44,792 bases of DNA from Nitrospirota bacterium (GTDB lineage: Bacteria; Nitrospirota; UBA9217): NCBI GenBank assembly GCA_035623825.1, contig DASPSR010000016.1, forward strand, positions 1 through 44,792, in the 5' to 3' direction. Under the pieces are notes generated by a model. It saw nothing but the letters and a program-made list of their open reading frames with translations, did not search any database and was not told where the DNA came from. Below are positions 41,734 to 44,792 of this stretch, one piece after another (position 1 is the stretch's first letter; every line of letters starts with the position of its first letter). The position numbers were made by a program, and so were the translations under genes.

Positions 41734-42585
41734 TTACCTTCCCCTGGCCATCTCTTGCAGCCGCTTCACTCTCTCCGCGATGGGCGGATGGGTGCTGAAG
41801 AGGTTCATCAACCCGCCTCCATGAAGGGGGTTCACGATGAACATGTGCGCAGTAGCCGGCTTGGCATCTTCCATGGGGATAACCTGATTGCCCTTCTCAA
41901 GTTTCAGAAGCGCATTGGCCAGCCCTGAAGGACTTCCGGCTATCTTCGCCCCGCCAGCATCGGCTTCGTACTCCCGGGTACGGGAAATGGCCATTTGCAC
42001 GAGCATGGCCGCGATAGGAGCTACGATCATCATCACGAGTGCCGCGATCGGGCTGCCGCCTTCATCGTCATCCCTCCTGCCTCCGCCGAAGAATAACGCC
42101 CACTGCGCCATCTGGGCGAGCATGCTGATTGCGCCGGCGATAGTTGCCACGATCGTTCCGGTGAGCATGTCCCGGTGCTTAATATGCGCCAGTTCGTGCC
42201 CTATCACTCCGGAAAGCTCCTCGCGAGACAGAAGCTTCATGATCCCCCGGGTTACGGCCACCACGGCATGCTCCGGGTTTCTGCCCGTTGCAAAGGCATT
42301 CGGTGTCTCCTCCGGAATGATGTAGACCTTTGGCATGGGCATGCCTGCCTTCTGCACCAGAGTCCGCACGATTGAGTAAAGCTCTGGGGCCTCAGCCTCA
42401 CTTACGGGCTGGGCTCCATACATCCTGAGCACGATCTTATCGCTGAACCAATAAGCTCCGAAGTTCATGATTGTCGCCATGGCGAAGGCGAAGATCATGC
42501 CACTCCGGCCTCCGATAGCCGCCCCAACGAAAACCAAGAGCAGCGTCATAAATACCATCAAACCAATAGTTTTCACCGTATTCAT
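41734..42585 (-). CDS. htpX: Zinc metalloprotease HtpX
   Basis: [27 protein letters not shown]. Confidence 0.96.
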   Translation of the reverse strand: MNTVKTIGLMVFMTLLLVFVGAAIGGRSGMIFAFAMATIMNFGAYWFSDKIVLRMYGAQPVSEAEAPELYSIVRTLVQKAGMPMPKVYIIPEETPNAFATGRNPEHAVVAVTRGIMKLLSREELSGVIGHELAHIKHRDMLTGTIVATIAGAISMLAQMAQWALFFGGGRRDDDEGGSPIAALVMMIVAPIAAMLVQMAISRTREYEADAGGAKIAGSPSGLANALLKLEKGNQVIPMEDAKPATAHMFIVNPLHGGGLMNLFSTHPPIAERVKRLQEMARGR

Positions 42586-42628
42586 ATTTCTAAGACTACC
42601 TCCGTCAACTGGATGTTTTATTTATGTT

Positions 42629-42657
42629 AAAATACCACAGTCGTCCTCTTTCGTCAA
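42629..42657 (-). promoter_or_regulatory. Putative promoter of htpX
   Basis: TTGACG-17-TATTTT with TGn extension. Confidence 0.5.
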
Positions 42658-42802
42658 CAGAAACAGATGCGATACGTTCGTGTGATTTAAGGTGCCGTAT
42701 CCAGATTGTCTTCTCTTAATCGACGATATCAATAATTTTCCAAATCATGCAATGTCTCGCGAAATTGTCCGGTATTGCCACACCAAGCGAAGTAATTTCC
42801 TA

Positions 42803-42832
42803 TTGACAAGGTAAGACCACTTTTGTTATATT
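42803..42832 (+). promoter_or_regulatory. Promoter of tRNA-Gly
   Basis: TTGACA-18-TATATT with TGn extension. Confidence 0.6.
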
Positions 42833-42861
42833 TGCGATGTTCTTAAAACTGCAGAAAATTT

Positions 42862-42937
42862 GCGGGTGTAGCTCAGCTGGTAGAGCACAACCTTGCCAAG
42901 GTTGGGGTCACGGGTTCGAATCCCGCCACCCGCTCCA
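42862..42937 (+). tRNA. tRNA-Gly (GCC)
   Basis: GCGGGTG/CACCCGC acceptor, CAACC-TTGCCAA-GGTTG anticodon arm, TTCGAAT, CCA. Confidence 0.97.
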
Positions 42938-42989
42938 TTAATCCCCTGATTAGATAGCATTTTCTCCTACCCTCTCAACTTCAACCGCA

Positions 42990-43237
42990 TCTTTTTCTGT
43001 AAACTGTGCCAGTTTTGTGTCAGTTCGTTTTTTCAACACTTGATCCATTACATTTGCTGCCTGCTTTATATGCCGCCGATGCCAGATGAGCGTACCGCAT
43101 AGTCATTTTAATGCTCTTGTGTCTTAAAAAGCTTTGACAGAGTAGCTAAACCAATTTGCCCTGCCGTCAAGTCCTGCATAGCGGATTTGCCAAACGTTGC
43201 TGCCCTTGCGCTTGTAGATTCCTCGATGCTTTGCCAC
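42990..43237 (-). pseudogene. Internally deleted, frameshifted tyrosine integrase
   Basis: MAKHRGIYKRKGSNVWQIRYAGLDGR (arm-binding N-terminus) abuts LATLSKL/LRHKSIKMTMRYAHLA (catalytic C-terminus); 3' boundary approximate. Confidence 0.8.
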
Positions 43238-43258
43238 ACGATGCCTTCTCTGTAACGA

Positions 43259-43702
43259 TTATTTTGTCATGTAAGGCTTAATACGTTCATTATAGGATTT
43301 TAATGTCTTTATATTATCTTGGATCATTAGTTTATATATTTCAGGAATCGTACTAATGTCTTCTGTACTGGGGGAAAAATAACCGCACATGTCAAGCAAT
43401 ATATCTTCATCAACATCATATAAGTAATATCCAGTCATACTACTCTGGTCATCGCTAGACTCATGAATACGCATATTGACAAAACATTTGTTCAATTTTT
43501 TATTGTAATGAGCAGAGTAATAACAGTCGTAATCTGAGAATGCGATTTCCTTCTTTTTTTTTATGACAAAATCGTCAGCATTCTTGCTGCACTTCTCCTG
43601 CAATTCATACAGCTTTTCCTGACTTGGCATCGCATTTTCAGCCGCTATAGAAACACCAGCAAGAAGGGAAAGCAATGCGAATATCAACACTGTTTTAGTC
43701 AT
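43259..43702 (-). CDS. Hypothetical exported protein (AT-rich cargo)
   Basis: GAGG RBS, signal peptide MTKTVLIFALLSLLAGVSIA, four Cys. Confidence 0.7.
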   Translation of the reverse strand: MTKTVLIFALLSLLAGVSIAAENAMPSQEKLYELQEKCSKNADDFVIKKKKEIAFSDYDCYYSAHYNKKLNKCFVNMRIHESSDDQSSMTGYYLYDVDEDILLDMCGYFSPSTEDISTIPEIYKLMIQDNIKTLKSYNERIKPYMTK

Positions 43703-43724
43703 TACCTCATTCCATTCTTTCTCG

Positions 43725-43887
43725 TTATTCGACTTTGAAAACTGTATCTGTAAGCTTTTGAAGCAATGCAACAGGCTCGGTATCTCTGGTAATGATTACC
43801 TGTATCCCTGTCTTAACGAGTTCCGCGATGATTCGCGCTGCTTCGTGTTTCAGGGTGGAAATAGTTTCTTTCCGGCCTGCCGTTCAT
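43725..43887 (-). pseudogene. Phd/YefM-type antitoxin fragment
   Basis: KETISTLKHEAARIIAELVKTGIQVIITRDTEPVALL; nearest ATG (43887) is out of frame by one base. Confidence 0.6.
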
Positions 43888-44258
43888 CGTGACGGCTATC
43901 TGGATCTAAGAAAAAATGTGATCAGTCGTCTTAATTTCATTTTTAGCTATACATGTATGACCTGAGTAAAAAAGGACGAATATTCTATATTATGACTAAA
44001 TTGATAAAATCTGTCAATCTTACATCTTAGCTGTTATGGATAATATTGTGCCTCATTTATCGAGCTCATCCAAGTTGAAAAATTCAGCCTGAATATCTCT
44101 TTAGGCAATAATGTTACTATTATTCTATACCCTAAATATACCTCGTTCATAACGGGAGTTTTTCTTGACCGTGCTTAGTTATTATGATCAATATAGTTAT
44201 CTTTTGAGCCTAACAGTGAACAGGGTCCCCTGCACCCTCAGTGTCCACCAAAATAAAG

Positions 44259-44286
44259 AAAGGCTGGTCAATAGTGACCAGCCTTT
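44259..44286 (-). terminator. Terminator hairpin downstream of the omcS-like gene
   Basis: AAAGGCTGGTCA-ATAG-TGACCAGCCTTT with T-rich flanks. Confidence 0.75.
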
Positions 44287-44384
44287 ATTACTTTCATTTG
44301 GTGGATCGCATTAAATATTTACGAACTGCTTAACCTGCAAGGAGAGAATGCCGATCCTCCTTGGCACTACCGCTTCAGCATGCG

Positions 44385-44792
44385 TTAGTCTTTCGCATGG
44401 CACTTGTTGCAGAGCTGGCGCTGATAAGCCGAGAACTTCGTGACGTTATAGTCATAGTAGGCTTTTGCCACCTCTGTTGAGCTGCGGCCCCAACCGTCAT
44501 CATTACCGGTAGGATATGCGCCGACTTCAACGATGGTCGTGATCTCCTTGTTCCATCTGAATGACTCCGGCCAGCTGGCGGCATGCGCCCTGTGGCAGGA
44601 GAGGCACATTACAGTCATCGTCGCAGGCACCGTGCCGGAGCCCGGGCCGTTCAGGTTGGAATTGTCGGTCTTGGCATGGCTCGCCAGGGTGGTGACGTTG
44701 GCCTGGCTGTAGGGCAGGCCTTCTTCGAACGGAACGAGCGACATGTACGACGTGGTCGCGGAACCGGTCAAGTTGCCTGATTTCACATAGCT
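44385..44792 (-). CDS. omcS: OmcS-like multiheme c-type cytochrome (C-terminal part; gene start lies beyond the window edge)
   Basis: SYVKSGNLTG..SYMSLVPFEEG...HAK...CLSCHRAHA...AYY...YQRQLCNKCHAKD*, matching my recollection of the Geobacter OmcS C-terminus. Confidence 0.8.
   Translation of the reverse strand, partial: SYVKSGNLTGSATTSYMSLVPFEEGLPYSQANVTTLASHAKTDNSNLNGPGSGTVPATMTVMCLSCHRAHAASWPESFRWNKEITTIVEVGAYPTGNDDGWGRSSTEVAKAYYDYNVTKFSAYQRQLCNKCHAKD

Noticed and set aside
42605-42632. Extra dif-like half sites (TTATGTTAAAA here; weaker ones near 30421 and 43989)
   Set aside because: No XerC arm or spacer match; this one overlaps the htpX promoter
44244-44305. TCCACCA as a tRNA/tmRNA 3' end or attR
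   Set aside because: Does not match the tRNA-Gly 3' end and has no T-arm; better explained as the outer stem (TCCACCAAA/TTTGGTGGA) of the terminator
1-44792. CRISPR arrays, rRNA, intact IS or prophage genes
   Set aside because: No regularly spaced repeats, rRNA motifs, transposase or phage structural genes were seen

Overview
Bacterial chromosomal window from a Gram-negative anaerobe; gene content suggests Nitrospirota or Desulfobacterota (inference). Layout: (1) 1-7.3 kb, accessory patchwork at the 3' end of tRNA-Leu(TAA) with a Calx-beta surface protein, AI-2E transporter, AhpD-like protein, ArsR/SRPBCC mosaic, lipoprotein, cytochrome P460-family protein and gene fragments. (2) 7.6-24.6 kb, envelope core: ferredoxin, GT9, rfaE1, rfbACDB, ugd, UDP-GlcA decarboxylase, kdsB-pyrG-kdsA-kdsD-kdsC, lpxL, pgsA, plsY. 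(3) A near-canonical dif site at 24695-24722 with converging KOPS octamers, so probably the replication terminus, followed by a ~7 kb cargo block (DUF3313, OprB, SulP, HMA_2-fusion protein, atypical Cax). (4) hsp20-lon-lipA-GT2, a selenocysteine formate dehydrogenase fdnGHI with SECIS, and htpX. (5) tRNA-Gly(GCC) with a decayed integrative element (internally deleted integrase, orphan Phd fragment), then the 3' end of an OmcS-like nanowire cytochrome gene. No CRISPR or rRNA was seen. All family calls are by motif recognition; no searches were run.
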